IMG/VR virus record: IMGVR_UViG_3300033156_000392
Span: 9,254-73,253 of that record
Strand: one strand, 5' to 3'
DNA length: 64,000 bases
Origin: a virus
Both the position numbers and the translations under genes were made by a program. Shown here piece by piece: positions 9,887 to 19,581 of the stretch (the first letter of the stretch is position 1; every line of letters starts with the position of its first letter). The notes beneath the pieces were generated by a model. That model was not told where the DNA came from. It worked only from the letters and a program-made list of their open reading frames with translations, and did no database searches.

Positions 9887-10836
9887 CCTATCACACGTGG
9901 GATGGAGAGCTCCGGTATAGGATAGATGCCTATGGTTTCCATGTAGAATCTGTCTCCAGACGACCAGAGTCTTCCTGTGGCAACCACCGTCGAGTCTTCG
10001 TCAACGGTCAGAGGTACCCACGGATAGAGTCTGCATCTGAGAGAGATGTCAGGCTCTTCCACGTCTACCAGATCCACGGAGAATCTTCCGTTCTCTCCTC
10101 TAGGCTCTCGGATCCTGTAGATCACACCCTCCACGAAGGTGTATCTCTGGTTCCTTCGAGCCTTCGTGTGCTCGGGGAGCTGGTATATGGGCACCAGCAC
10201 TTTCTGGTTGCTCAGAATGTCTCTGACGTCCGGCACTGCCCCTTCCTTAGCCGTAAACTCGGTGTGCTCAGAGGAGTCCAGACGGAGAACGCCGTTCACG
10301 ACGTTTCCCTCCAGTGCCTTGAAGGAATAGAGACCGTTGGGCTTCGGTCCTTCCTCTGAAGCCTTCTCACCGTACATGGTCAGCCAGAAAGGCATCCACG
10401 CTCCTCCTCTCTTCAGGGCACCGAGTATGTCTCTGACGTACTCGTACCCGGAGAGAGGCTGTCCGTGGTTGGGATTGGGTCTTCCACGTACGTACGGCCT
10501 CCAGTCGATGGGAGTACCGTCTGGATCGACCATCCCTCTCTTTATGGCTGCCTGTAGGTCTTTCTTCGAGAAGCCTTCTGCTATTCTCTTCATCTCTTCT
10601 ATCACGTTCCTGAGCTCCGAAACACCGAGAATCACACCCTCGAAGTCCACTGCAGTTCTCCTTGCCATTCTCTCTCTTCGCAGCTTGTTCACTGTCTTGT
10701 TCAGAGCAAGCTTCTCCTTGTTCCCTGACTCTGGGAGAGTGGACAGCACCTCGTTGTAGATTTTCTCCACTTCGTCAAGAGAGACACCAAACTTGTTGGA
10801 GACTTTCTCCAACTTTGTTTTCACTTTTTCATCCAT
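9883..10836 (-). CDS. OB-fold ssDNA-binding (RPA-like) protein
   Basis: Helical N-terminus then beta-rich OB-like segments (FVEGVIYRIRE...VVATGRLW); coupled to polB. Confidence 0.6.
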   Translation of the reverse strand: MDEKVKTKLEKVSNKFGVSLDEVEKIYNEVLSTLPESGNKEKLALNKTVNKLRRERMARRTAVDFEGVILGVSELRNVIEEMKRIAEGFSKKDLQAAIKRGMVDPDGTPIDWRPYVRGRPNPNHGQPLSGYEYVRDILGALKRGGAWMPFWLTMYGEKASEEGPKPNGLYSFKALEGNVVNGVLRLDSSEHTEFTAKEGAVPDVRDILSNQKVLVPIYQLPEHTKARRNQRYTFVEGVIYRIREPRGENGRFSVDLVDVEEPDISLRCRLYPWVPLTVDEDSTVVATGRLWSSGDRFYMETIGIYPIPELSIPRVIG

Positions 10837-10866
10837 ATGTTCACCACTCCTTCTTGGGAACTTCTC

Positions 10867-10912
10867 TTTTAAAGCCTTTCTGAAATTTATAAAGAAAGGA
10901 CACCTTTAAATA
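10867..10912. promoter_or_regulatory. Symmetric bidirectional promoter
   Basis: Central ATTTATAAAG (10885-10894) with a TATA box exactly 10 nt away on each side, between divergent operons. Confidence 0.75.
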
Positions 10913-10935
10913 TCCTTCTGCTCTATCTAATACGG

Positions 10936-11892
10936 ATGAACATGAAGAAAGAAGTTAGCACAATAAGTAAGGAAGAAGCGGAAGAGCTCCTGGGAGGGAA
11001 GGCACACAACGTTTCTTCACACTCCGATGCGGACGGTATTTCTGCAGCAGTTCTCTTCAGTTTGGCTTGGAAAGTCAACTCCATAAGGTTTCCAGAGAGG
11101 TTCGGTGACGTGAAGAACGGAGAGACTGTCCTGGATATGACTCCTCTGGAGGAGGGATTTGAGGGGATTATCATAGATCACCACATCCCAAGGTGTGAGT
11201 ACCCGAACGCCGTCTATCTGCACGGTGACGAGCCAGCCACCTATTTGGTCTACTCACTCTCCAAGGAGAGAATACCACCGGAGCAGAGATGGAAGGTAGT
11301 CATCGGGTGTGTGGGTGACGGATCGGAGGAAGTCGTTCCTCCAGACGTGTGGATAAAAAACAAAGACTTGATAGTCGAGATGTCACAGGTGTACAGTGGG
11401 AGAGGAGGGATAGATCTCTATCCAAGACCTCTCTTCGAGAAGCTCTCACCAGCTCTCAATGCCTTCGCAAGGACTGGACATCCTGATATAGGATACAGAG
11501 TCCTTATGCAGTCTGCTACTCCTAGAGACTTCTTGTCACACACTCTGGTAGACGAGCACAAGAAAATGCTCCAGCAGGAGGAGAGCAGAGTCCTTAAAGA
11601 ATACCCGGTGAGAGAGGTGGGTCCCGTCTACTACTGGGAGATCAACACTTCTTTCCACATGTCGTACTTGGCTTCCAAGCTCCTCTCCAAGAAGCACAAG
11701 ACAGTCATTCTGGTGAACGCCTACAACAACAGTCTGTCTATAAGAGGTCCTCTTGCGGAGGTAGCCAGAGTCTTTCTCTCCGACATATGTGATCTCGGTG
11801 GCCACAGAGGGTTCATAGGAGGGAGCATAAAGGCTGGAGTAGATAGAAAAGAAGTTCTACGTACCTTCATCCGTAAATGGTGGAGCACTTGA
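10936..11892 (+). CDS. DHH family phosphoesterase (RecJ/GAN-like)
   Basis: HSDADG, IIDHH, GD and C-terminal GGH motifs. Confidence 0.85.
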   Translation: MNMKKEVSTISKEEAEELLGGKAHNVSSHSDADGISAAVLFSLAWKVNSIRFPERFGDVKNGETVLDMTPLEEGFEGIIIDHHIPRCEYPNAVYLHGDEPATYLVYSLSKERIPPEQRWKVVIGCVGDGSEEVVPPDVWIKNKDLIVEMSQVYSGRGGIDLYPRPLFEKLSPALNAFARTGHPDIGYRVLMQSATPRDFLSHTLVDEHKKMLQQEESRVLKEYPVREVGPVYYWEINTSFHMSYLASKLLSKKHKTVILVNAYNNSLSIRGPLAEVARVFLSDICDLGGHRGFIGGSIKAGVDRKEVLRTFIRKWWST

Positions 11893-12113
11893 GAGTGGAG
11901 AAGGTAGCGTATAGAGTTTGGTCAGTGAGTGATGAGAATGGGGAGCACTACGTCACCGTGGAGAGGGGAAACTGGAAGTGCATCTCGTGCCTGGAGTTTC
12001 TCCGGAAGAGATCCTGTCCTCACATTAGGAGAGTGTGGGAGTACCTTAAGGAGGAGAGAAAGTGGGACGGAAGTGTAGTGTCTGCGGAAGGAGAAAGGAA
12101 GGAGCAGAGGTGA
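11877..12113 (+). CDS. SWIM zinc-finger protein
   Basis: Y.V....WKCISC...F..KRSCPHI. Confidence 0.7.
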   Translation: MVEHLRVEKVAYRVWSVSDENGEHYVTVERGNWKCISCLEFLRKRSCPHIRRVWEYLKEERKWDGSVVSAEGERKEQR

Positions 12114-12301
12114 ACGGTGTGTACTACTGCATGAGCCATCTGCAGGGTCTAAGGGTCGTCTGTCCTCTCTGCAAGGAGTCTTTCATAGTCGCCAACTCGG
12201 AGAAGTACAGACATCTGGTTTACTCTAAGAACGGAGTTCTCAAGATAGTTTGTCCTCTTAAAATAAGAAAGAAAGGAGGTGAGAGAAAGTGCCTTCGCTG
12301 A
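12062..12301 (+). CDS. Small double Zn-finger protein
   Basis: CSVC, C..H, CPLC and C; lies in operon just before radA. Confidence 0.55.
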   Translation: MGRKCSVCGRRKEGAEVNGVYYCMSHLQGLRVVCPLCKESFIVANSEKYRHLVYSKNGVLKIVCPLKIRKKGGERKCLR

Positions 12302-13260
12302 AGGACATAAAAGGGCTAGGGCCGAAGAGCATAGCAAAGCTTGAGGAGAACGGTATAACCAGCATAGACCAGATAGCGGGGATGGATCCTACTGAACTCA
12401 TGAGAATCACTAGCTGGGGAAAGGCTCTGTGTGAGAGAGTGATAAAGGACGCAAAAGCTCTCTCCATAGACAACCTTATCCCACTACGGACAGCTGCAGA
12501 GGTCGAGGAAGAGAGAAAGAGCAAAGTCAAGTACTACTCCACTGGCTGTGTAGACCTGGACAAGATTCTCGGTGGTGGAGTGGAGACGGACTGCATACTC
12601 GGAGTAGCAGGACATTTGGGCTCTGGGAAGACCAACTTCTGCTTCTCAGTGGGAGTTTCATGCATCCAAGAGGGAAGAAAAGTCGTCTACATCGAGACTG
12701 AGCCTGGGATATTCAGGCTCGACAGAGTCCTGGAGATAGCAAAGAACAGGAACGTCGACATGGATCCCAACGACTTTCTTGTGGTCGATGCAAAGGTCAT
12801 AGACAACGACCCAGAGAAGCTCCTTCTCTCGTATGACAGAGTGGAGAAGGCAGTGAAGAACGGAATGGACATAGGTCTTCTCTGTGTGGACTCCTTTGCG
12901 GCTCCCATCAGGTCTTTCTACGTCGGAAGACAGTCTCTCGGAGACAGATCAAAGATGATATCGAGGCACATCAGATCTCTGCAGAAGCTGGCTGCCAAGC
13001 ACAATCTGGCCGTCATCCTGACCGACCAAGTGATGTCCCAGCCAGTGGCGGAGCCTGCTCTGCAAGCAATGACCGAGGCTATCTACGGCACACATAAGAT
13101 ACCAGTGCTCGGAGACACTCTCCTGCACTCAGTGACCATATGGCTCTCTCTTGAGAGAAGAGGAAAGAAGAAGTGGAGAGGGATAGCCTTCGATGCACCA
13201 CACTTGCCCATTGGAGAGGCTTTCTTCTGCATAGGTCCAGCCGGAATACAGAAAATATAG
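12289..13260 (+). CDS. radA: RadA/Rad51-type recombinase
   Basis: N-terminal HhH (IKGLGPK), STG..DLD.ILGGG, Walker A GHLGSGKT, Walker B LLCVDS. Confidence 0.92.
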   Translation: MPSLKDIKGLGPKSIAKLEENGITSIDQIAGMDPTELMRITSWGKALCERVIKDAKALSIDNLIPLRTAAEVEEERKSKVKYYSTGCVDLDKILGGGVETDCILGVAGHLGSGKTNFCFSVGVSCIQEGRKVVYIETEPGIFRLDRVLEIAKNRNVDMDPNDFLVVDAKVIDNDPEKLLLSYDRVEKAVKNGMDIGLLCVDSFAAPIRSFYVGRQSLGDRSKMISRHIRSLQKLAAKHNLAVILTDQVMSQPVAEPALQAMTEAIYGTHKIPVLGDTLLHSVTIWLSLERRGKKKWRGIAFDAPHLPIGEAFFCIGPAGIQKI

Positions 13261-13261
13261 A

Positions 13262-13912
13262 GTGGCGGGTGAGAGAGTGCAGATACTGGTGGACGTCAAG
13301 GAGCCTCCAGTGATGAGAGAGAGGCTCGTGGAGCTGGGCTTCGACGTTAAGGTGGAGAAGCTCCAAGTGGGAGACTACCAAGTCGGAGAGTACGTGGTGG
13401 AGAGAAAGACAGTAAAGGACTTTCTCTCGTCCATACTGGACAGAAAGAGACCCGACAGATTCAGAGTGCAGCTGATGAACTTGGCAGACGTGGAGAAGAG
13501 AGCTCTGATCATAGAGGGGTACAGACCTTCCAGAAGGGAGAAGATATACAAGACGTACATAGGATGGATGGTGGGAATAGAGGACGGATGGAAGATACCA
13601 GTGTACGAGACGAGAGACGAGACGGAGACGGCTCTCCTCCTCCATTTCTTGTACAGGAGATCAAAGAAGAAAGAGTTCCTGAGACCAGTCAGGAAGAGAG
13701 GTACGTCTCTCAGAGAGAGGAAGGAGGACATTCTCTGCTGTGTCCCGGGAATAGGGAGGAAGCAAGCTAGAGCTCTCTTGGCTAGGGAGCCCGTCATAGG
13801 GAAGCTTCTCTCCCTCCCGAGAGAGGAGCTGGAGAAAATAGAGGGTGTGAGAAAGAGGTCCATAGACGAGCTCTTGAAGCACTTCTGGGAGAGTGGTGAA
13901 GATGATAGTTAA
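13262..13912 (+). CDS. xpf: ERCC4/XPF-type structure-specific nuclease with HhH
   Basis: VD.KE, GDY, VERKT..DF nuclease motifs; VPGIG and IEGV HhH pair; short form without helicase domain. Confidence 0.9.
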   Translation: MAGERVQILVDVKEPPVMRERLVELGFDVKVEKLQVGDYQVGEYVVERKTVKDFLSSILDRKRPDRFRVQLMNLADVEKRALIIEGYRPSRREKIYKTYIGWMVGIEDGWKIPVYETRDETETALLLHFLYRRSKKKEFLRPVRKRGTSLRERKEDILCCVPGIGRKQARALLAREPVIGKLLSLPREELEKIEGVRKRSIDELLKHFWESGEDDS

Positions 13913-14039
13913 GTACGTCTGTGGAGTCTGTGGATACACAAGTCCCGAAGTCAGGACAGACTCTCTCCTCACCGAGAGCAAGACGTGTCCAATTTGCTTC
14001 AGTCCTCTTGAGGTGGAGGTGGTGGAGGTGACGTCATGA
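13902..14039 (+). CDS. 45-aa Zn-ribbon microprotein (not in ORF track)
   Basis: MIVKYVCGVCGY...CPICFSPLEV; GGTGA RBS; ATGA overlap with next gene. Confidence 0.6.
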   Translation: MIVKYVCGVCGYTSPEVRTDSLLTESKTCPICFSPLEVEVVEVTS

Positions 14040-15181
14040 AGATACTCCTTCTGGCAGCCTCTCCCTTCCTCCAGACGGCGTATGGGTACATAGGGAGGTG
14101 TCTCGGGAAGACTCTCGCTCTGAAGCACGAGGTGTACTACTTCGGAGCAAAGTACTACGGTCTCCCCTACTCGAGAGACGGGTACGTCCTTCTTCCCACT
14201 GCTCTCTCTTCCTCTGGCCAAGAGATAAAGACAGGGACGGAGAGAGCCATAGCAGCCATCAACAGAATAAAGCCTGACATCTTAGTTACTCTCGGGGACC
14301 TTCTCTTCCTCAAGTATCTTGAGGTCGTGAGAGAGAGGCCGTACTGGATAGGATACTTCCCGGTGGAGTCCGATCCCTTCAGACCCTCAGAGATAGGAAC
14401 CGCTAGAAAGATGGACTTAGCCGTTGTCCCGACTAAGTGGGGGCAGAGAGTGCTCAAGAGAGACGGTGTGGAGGCTGAGTACATACCACATCCCTTGAAT
14501 CCCTCTTTCTACCACGTACGGAAGGAGAAAGCTAGGTCTATGCTCCTCACTACGGAGGACAGAGACCTAAAGAAACAGTTTATTTTCGGGTACTGTGGGA
14601 CCAACGTCGAGAGGAAGAGAATAGACAGGCTGATGGAGGCTTTCAAGAGTGCTTTCAAAGGGGAGGAGGACGTTCTTCTCTGGCTGAACACTCCCACAAC
14701 GGATCCTCTTGGCTGGGATCTGCCGTACATGTCAAAGGTGCTGGGGATAGAGAAGCAGGTAGTCTTCACCTCATACATCGACTTCTTCCCTCCCTCTGAG
14801 GAGGAGCTGAACACCATCTACAACTCGTGGGACGTCCACGTCACAGCATCCTCCGGAGAGGGATTCTGCCTCCCCGTCCTCGAGACTATGTCTCTCGGGA
14901 AGCCACAGATAGGGACGAAATACTCCTCTCTCCCGGAGCTGATAGGAGACTCCGGGATACTGGTTCCTCCTAGAGAGATAGTCTTCGGAAATCTTGGGCA
15001 CAGAGCTCTGGTCGACATAGACCTTCTCGCAGAGGCTATGAGAAAGATGTACGAGAACGAGGAAGCAAGGAGAGTTTTCTCTGCCAGAGCAGAGGAGAGA
15101 GGGAAGGAGTACGAGTACAAGAGAGTGATGACGCAGTGGCTCTCTCTCCTTGACAGAGTGGAGGAGGATCTCTTTGGCTAG
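14036..15181 (+). CDS. GT-B glycosyltransferase (GT4-like)
   Basis: N..RKR, EGFCLPVLETMSLG motif. Confidence 0.9.
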   Translation: MKILLLAASPFLQTAYGYIGRCLGKTLALKHEVYYFGAKYYGLPYSRDGYVLLPTALSSSGQEIKTGTERAIAAINRIKPDILVTLGDLLFLKYLEVVRERPYWIGYFPVESDPFRPSEIGTARKMDLAVVPTKWGQRVLKRDGVEAEYIPHPLNPSFYHVRKEKARSMLLTTEDRDLKKQFIFGYCGTNVERKRIDRLMEAFKSAFKGEEDVLLWLNTPTTDPLGWDLPYMSKVLGIEKQVVFTSYIDFFPPSEEELNTIYNSWDVHVTASSGEGFCLPVLETMSLGKPQIGTKYSSLPELIGDSGILVPPREIVFGNLGHRALVDIDLLAEAMRKMYENEEARRVFSARAEERGKEYEYKRVMTQWLSLLDRVEEDLFG

Positions 15182-16328
15182 GATACTGGTTCTCTCCAAC
15201 TCTCCCTTGAACCCCTCCGGGTTCGGGACTGCATGTGACGTCATATGTAGGTCTCTGGCTGACAGACATGAGGTGATGGCTCTCCCCCTCTTCCTCCCTT
15301 CTCCGTCTCCTCTCTCCTTCAACGGCTACCAGGTCCTTCCTACAAGACAGGGATTCTACTCTCTCATGAGAGAGAAGGAAGGAAAGTACCTGCTGGACTA
15401 CTACTCTCCGGACTTGGTCATAACCATGTGTGATCTCTATCTCTTCTCCGGATTCAGACCCAAAGTTCCTTGGATAGCATGCTTCCCGGTCGACGGTGAC
15501 CCTCCGAGACCCTCAGAGAGAGAAGTCTCAAAGATTCCAGACGTACTGGTAGCCATATCCAAGTTCGGGAAGAGAATGGTCAGGAAGTACTGGGGAGAAG
15601 ACGCCGTCTACATTCCTCACGCCGTCTTGGACGACTTCAGGCCAGTACGGAAAAAGAGAGCAAAGGAGGCGTTCGGAATAGACGCTGAGAAGATAGTATT
15701 CGGCTACAACGGGTCGAACGACGTGAGGAAGCTCCTGAACGTCCTTCTCCAAGCTTGGAAGAGAGCGTTCGGTGACAGTGATGACACTCTCCTCCTCCTG
15801 AACACTCCTCGTGTCAGGAACTCTCCGAGATCTTTCGACACCACTGCTCTCATAGAGGGACTCCAAGTAGAGAACTGTCTGATACCTTTCGAGACTCTCG
15901 TCAGACCTCCCTCAAGAGCAGAGATCAATCTTTTCTACAACGCTCTGGACGTCCACGTGATGGTGACTGGAGGAGAGGGATTCGGACTACCGATAGCCGA
16001 GAGCATGGCCTGTGGAGTCCCCAACATAGGGACGAACTTCTCTGCCATCCCCGAGATCATGGGTGGAGGAGGGGTCAAGGTGAGAGTCAGAACCGTTCTC
16101 TTGGACACTTTCGGATCGGGGAAAGCCATACCGGAGGTCTCTGACGTAGCCAGGAAGATGAAGCTCCTGAAGGAGAGAGAGGAGCTGAGAAAGGAGCTCG
16201 GAAACTGTGCTCTCATGGAGGCTGACAGGTACAGAATGGAAAAGGTAGCTCCTCTCTGGGAGGACTTGGTGGAGAGAGTCCTCCAAGAAAAGTATATAAG
16301 GGGTAAGAGAAAGACTCTTCATAGGTGA
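15150..16328 (+). CDS. GT-B glycosyltransferase (GT4-like), paralogue of the upstream gene
   Basis: SGFG, N..RK, EGFGLPIAESMACG; true start probably slightly downstream (TTG ~15174). Confidence 0.9.
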   Translation: MTEWRRISLARILVLSNSPLNPSGFGTACDVICRSLADRHEVMALPLFLPSPSPLSFNGYQVLPTRQGFYSLMREKEGKYLLDYYSPDLVITMCDLYLFSGFRPKVPWIACFPVDGDPPRPSEREVSKIPDVLVAISKFGKRMVRKYWGEDAVYIPHAVLDDFRPVRKKRAKEAFGIDAEKIVFGYNGSNDVRKLLNVLLQAWKRAFGDSDDTLLLLNTPRVRNSPRSFDTTALIEGLQVENCLIPFETLVRPPSRAEINLFYNALDVHVMVTGGEGFGLPIAESMACGVPNIGTNFSAIPEIMGGGGVKVRVRTVLLDTFGSGKAIPEVSDVARKMKLLKEREELRKELGNCALMEADRYRMEKVAPLWEDLVERVLQEKYIRGKRKTLHR

Positions 16329-16329
16329 T

Positions 16330-16491
16330 ATGATGGAAGAAATAACAGAAAAGAAAGTCGTACTAGGGAGCGTTCTGGCTGGCTTCGCTCTAGTGGGGTA
16401 CGTTCTGAACTTCCACGAGCTGACAGCCATCATGATAGCTCTCTTGGCTGGTCTCTTCGGCTTGGAAGGGTACAACAAGCTCAAGAAATAG
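16330..16491 (+). CDS. 53-aa two-TM membrane protein (not in ORF track)
   Basis: AGGTGA RBS; two hydrophobic segments and basic tail YNKLKK. Confidence 0.55.
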   Translation: MMEEITEKKVVLGSVLAGFALVGYVLNFHELTAIMIALLAGLFGLEGYNKLKK

Positions 16492-16509
16492 ACAGAGAGA
16501 GGACTACAA

Positions 16510-18102
16510 ATGCCTTTTCGGATAGTCGTCGTCAATGCGTCTGGATACGGAAACGCAGGTGACGATGCTCTGAACGAGGCTATTTTTTCCTACTTAAGAG
16601 AGCAGTTTCCAAGAGACTTTGTGGAGATAGAGAGGAAACACCCTGCTGATCCCTTGCCGGACTGTGACTTTCTCATCATAGGTGGAGGAGGACTGATATA
16701 CGAGGAGCCCTTTGCCAACGTGGAGAACTACACCGGATACGCCTTTGAGGCGAAGAAGAGAGGAGTTCCATACTGCTACTTCGGCATAGGTGTCCAGTCT
16801 CCCATCAGGAAGTCGAGAGCGGTAGAAGCGTACAGAAAGGCTCTCTCCTCTGCCTTATTTGTCTCAGTAAGGAATCCTCACAGCCTGAATAGGCTAAAGG
16901 AGATAGGAATTCACTCCTTTCTTGGAGAGGACACTGGATGGCTCCTGAATCTCGGAAATAAGGGAGTAGAGAGCTCCAACGGTGTAAGAGTGGGTCTAGC
17001 GGCTAGAAACTTTCCGGAAGCAGAGTCTATAATGGAGAAGCATCTGAGGGGAATCGTCTCTTCTCTGAAAGGATACGACCTTCTTCTCTTCTCTCAGTCA
17101 AGAGTAGACGATGACGAGGTGATGGAGAGGCTCTCCGAGGAGCTCGGTGCCCCTCTCTTCAAGTACTCCGAGATGGAGGGGAGGCCGAGTGACTTTTTCT
17201 CTCTCCTGGGGAGCGTCGACGTCTTGGTTTCTTCTAGATTCCACTCCGCCCTCTACGCTCTGAAGATGGGTGTTCCCGTGGTCGGGATGACTGGTGGAGG
17301 AGGGAAGCTCTTCTCGCTCCTCTCGAGAGTCGGACTCGACGACTACATGGTCAGGAAGACGGAGACGGAGAGAGTGGGTGAGAAAGTGGAGAAGATGCTG
17401 AGAGAGAGGAGCACCGCCAGACAGAGAATTGCTTCTTCTCTCCCTCTTCTCATGGAGAAGTGTAGAGAGAACTATCGTCTTCTGATGGAGTATTTGTATC
17501 CCTCGTATTTGGAGAAGGCGTACTCGTCCTCGTACTATAACGAGAGGAGCACCGGATGGTCTGGAGGATACAGGGAGGAGAGCCTGAGAGGAGCTATGGA
17601 GAGCTTCCTGGACGAGTGCAGAGAGAAGGGAATGCACCCGGAAGGTAAGACTCTGGTGGTGGGGTGTGCCAAAGGACTGATGGTCAAGATCCTGAAGGAG
17701 AGAGGTGTGGAAGCGACTGGTGTGGAAGTCTCTGCCGACGCTGTCAGAGAGAAAATGACGGAGCGGGTCGTGCAGGGGAGTATTCTCTCCGTTCCCTTCG
17801 GAGACTCGTCTTTCTCATGCACCGTCTGCTCAGACGTCTTGGAGCATGTCCCAAGAGTCTTCTTACAGAGAGCTCTGGGTGAGCTTTCAAGAGTGACGGA
17901 GAGCTTGGTTATAGTCAAAGTCCCTGGGCCCAGAGTCACCTTTGATCCTACTCACATTTCCCTCTTTGACAGAGACGAGTGGCTCTCTCTTCTATCATCT
18001 AAGTTCTTCCTCCTGGGAGAGACGGAGTGGGCAGGGAACTTTGTCTTCTTTTTAAAGCCCAGAAAGGTTTTATACCACCCGGGGAGAGCTTTAGAGAGGT
18101 AG
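16510..18102 (+). CDS. Polysaccharide pyruvyltransferase-like domain fused to class I SAM methyltransferase
   Basis: YGNAGDDA, GGGG, SVRN, RFHS in N-terminal part; LVVGCAKG and DVLEH in C-terminal part. Confidence 0.82.
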   Translation: MPFRIVVVNASGYGNAGDDALNEAIFSYLREQFPRDFVEIERKHPADPLPDCDFLIIGGGGLIYEEPFANVENYTGYAFEAKKRGVPYCYFGIGVQSPIRKSRAVEAYRKALSSALFVSVRNPHSLNRLKEIGIHSFLGEDTGWLLNLGNKGVESSNGVRVGLAARNFPEAESIMEKHLRGIVSSLKGYDLLLFSQSRVDDDEVMERLSEELGAPLFKYSEMEGRPSDFFSLLGSVDVLVSSRFHSALYALKMGVPVVGMTGGGGKLFSLLSRVGLDDYMVRKTETERVGEKVEKMLRERSTARQRIASSLPLLMEKCRENYRLLMEYLYPSYLEKAYSSSYYNERSTGWSGGYREESLRGAMESFLDECREKGMHPEGKTLVVGCAKGLMVKILKERGVEATGVEVSADAVREKMTERVVQGSILSVPFGDSSFSCTVCSDVLEHVPRVFLQRALGELSRVTESLVIVKVPGPRVTFDPTHISLFDRDEWLSLLSSKFFLLGETEWAGNFVFFLKPRKVLYHPGRALER

Positions 18103-18103
18103 A

Positions 18104-19084
18104 ATGAGAGACTCTGAGATCAAGAAAGTCCTTCTCCGCTACCAGAAGGAGCTCATGTCCTATCCGAACGTGGTGGGAGTCTGTGTGGCAAGGAAGGTGG
18201 TGAGGGGAAAGAGGACGAGAGAAAAAGCCATCCAGGTTCTGGTGAGAGAGAAAGTCCCCGAGAAGTACCTGAGACCAGCACATGTTCTCCCGAAGAGGGT
18301 GGAGGAGGTGCAGACGGACGTTCTGGAGGTGGGTGAGATAAGAGCTCTTGGTCTCAGCGTCAGACCGTACTTGGAGAGAAAGAGAAAGTACAGACCCGTC
18401 GTCGGTGGAGTCTCGTGTGGGAATCCGTACATCACGGCTGGAACTCTTGGAGGATTCGTGGAGAAAGGAGGAAAGACATACATTCTCTCGAACTGGCACG
18501 TCCTTGGAGACGGTGCGAAGAAAGGGGATCCTATCCTGCAGCCTGGGAGATACGACTCTGGGACTCTTGCTGACGAAGTAGCCGTCCTGTCGGAGAAGAT
18601 AGACGTGAGAACGAGGAGAGGACTTCTCTCTCTGATTCTCAGAAGGAAGGTGGAGAACAGGATAGACGCTTCCATAGCCGAGATGGTTACAGAGTACGAT
18701 CCTAAGATTCTTGAGATAGGGTATCTGACGTCCGATCCTGTGAGAGCCAGAATAGGCGACAAAGTCCGGAAGTCCGGGAGAACCACTGGATACACGGAGG
18801 GAGAGGTGCTGTCAGACTCAGCCACCGTGAGAGTGAGCTATGACGACGGTACGGCTCTCTTCACTGAGCAGATAATGACCTCTCCCATCCTGAAGCCTGG
18901 AGACTCAGGCTCATGGCTGGTGAGGGGGAAGAGCGTCTGTGGCTTGTGCTTTGCAGGATCTGACAGAGTGGGTCTCGCTAATCATGTCTCTGACGTCTTC
19001 ACTGCCTTCAAGATAGAGAGAGTAGCTACTGGAGCGGACGTCCCAAAGAGGAGAAGAGTCGATCTCAGATTCTGTCCAGAGTGA
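18104..19084 (+). CDS. Trypsin-like serine protease with N-terminal prodomain-like region
   Basis: GTLG, SNWHV (His), DAS (Asp), PGDSGS (Ser). Confidence 0.85.
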   Translation: MRDSEIKKVLLRYQKELMSYPNVVGVCVARKVVRGKRTREKAIQVLVREKVPEKYLRPAHVLPKRVEEVQTDVLEVGEIRALGLSVRPYLERKRKYRPVVGGVSCGNPYITAGTLGGFVEKGGKTYILSNWHVLGDGAKKGDPILQPGRYDSGTLADEVAVLSEKIDVRTRRGLLSLILRRKVENRIDASIAEMVTEYDPKILEIGYLTSDPVRARIGDKVRKSGRTTGYTEGEVLSDSATVRVSYDDGTALFTEQIMTSPILKPGDSGSWLVRGKSVCGLCFAGSDRVGLANHVSDVFTAFKIERVATGADVPKRRRVDLRFCPE

Positions 19085-19296
19085 GGTACTTCTCGCTCGC
19101 TCTTATCTCTCTCACCATCCTCTGGAGCTCATGAGAGAGGAGCTCTGCCTTGTGTACGGGTAGAAAGAGAGTTTCTCTCCCCACCCCTATCTTTATTCCT
19201 GTGTCGAGCTTGGTGACCGTCACTATCTTTGTAAGTGCTTTCCCTTCCTTGTAGAAGACTCCTCTGTACTTCTTCCTGTCCCTATCATCTCTCTTC

Positions 19297-19581
19297 TTAG
19301 GTTTCTTCGGAAGCATCTTCACCACCGGAGGAGAGGAGGTGTGTAGCCAGTGCTCCAAACACCTCTTTCTCTATCTTCTCCCAGCACTCCTCACACATTC
19401 TGATCTCCATGCTCAGGGACTTTCCCTCCAGAAGGACTCTGACCGTTCCTTGCTTCCCACACTTGCACTTGAACGCCCTGTTCTCGGTGTCAGCAAGCTT
19501 CCATTTGACGTCTGTAGACCAAGAATACCAAGGGTAGTGCTCGTAGGTGGTAGAGGGAATGTCTGTGCTCTCAGAAGTCAT
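19297..19581 (-). CDS. Small Cys-containing hypothetical protein
   Basis: CKC...CEEC; ATGA overlap with upstream gene. Confidence 0.5.
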   Translation of the reverse strand: MTSESTDIPSTTYEHYPWYSWSTDVKWKLADTENRAFKCKCGKQGTVRVLLEGKSLSMEIRMCEECWEKIEKEVFGALATHLLSSGGEDASEET

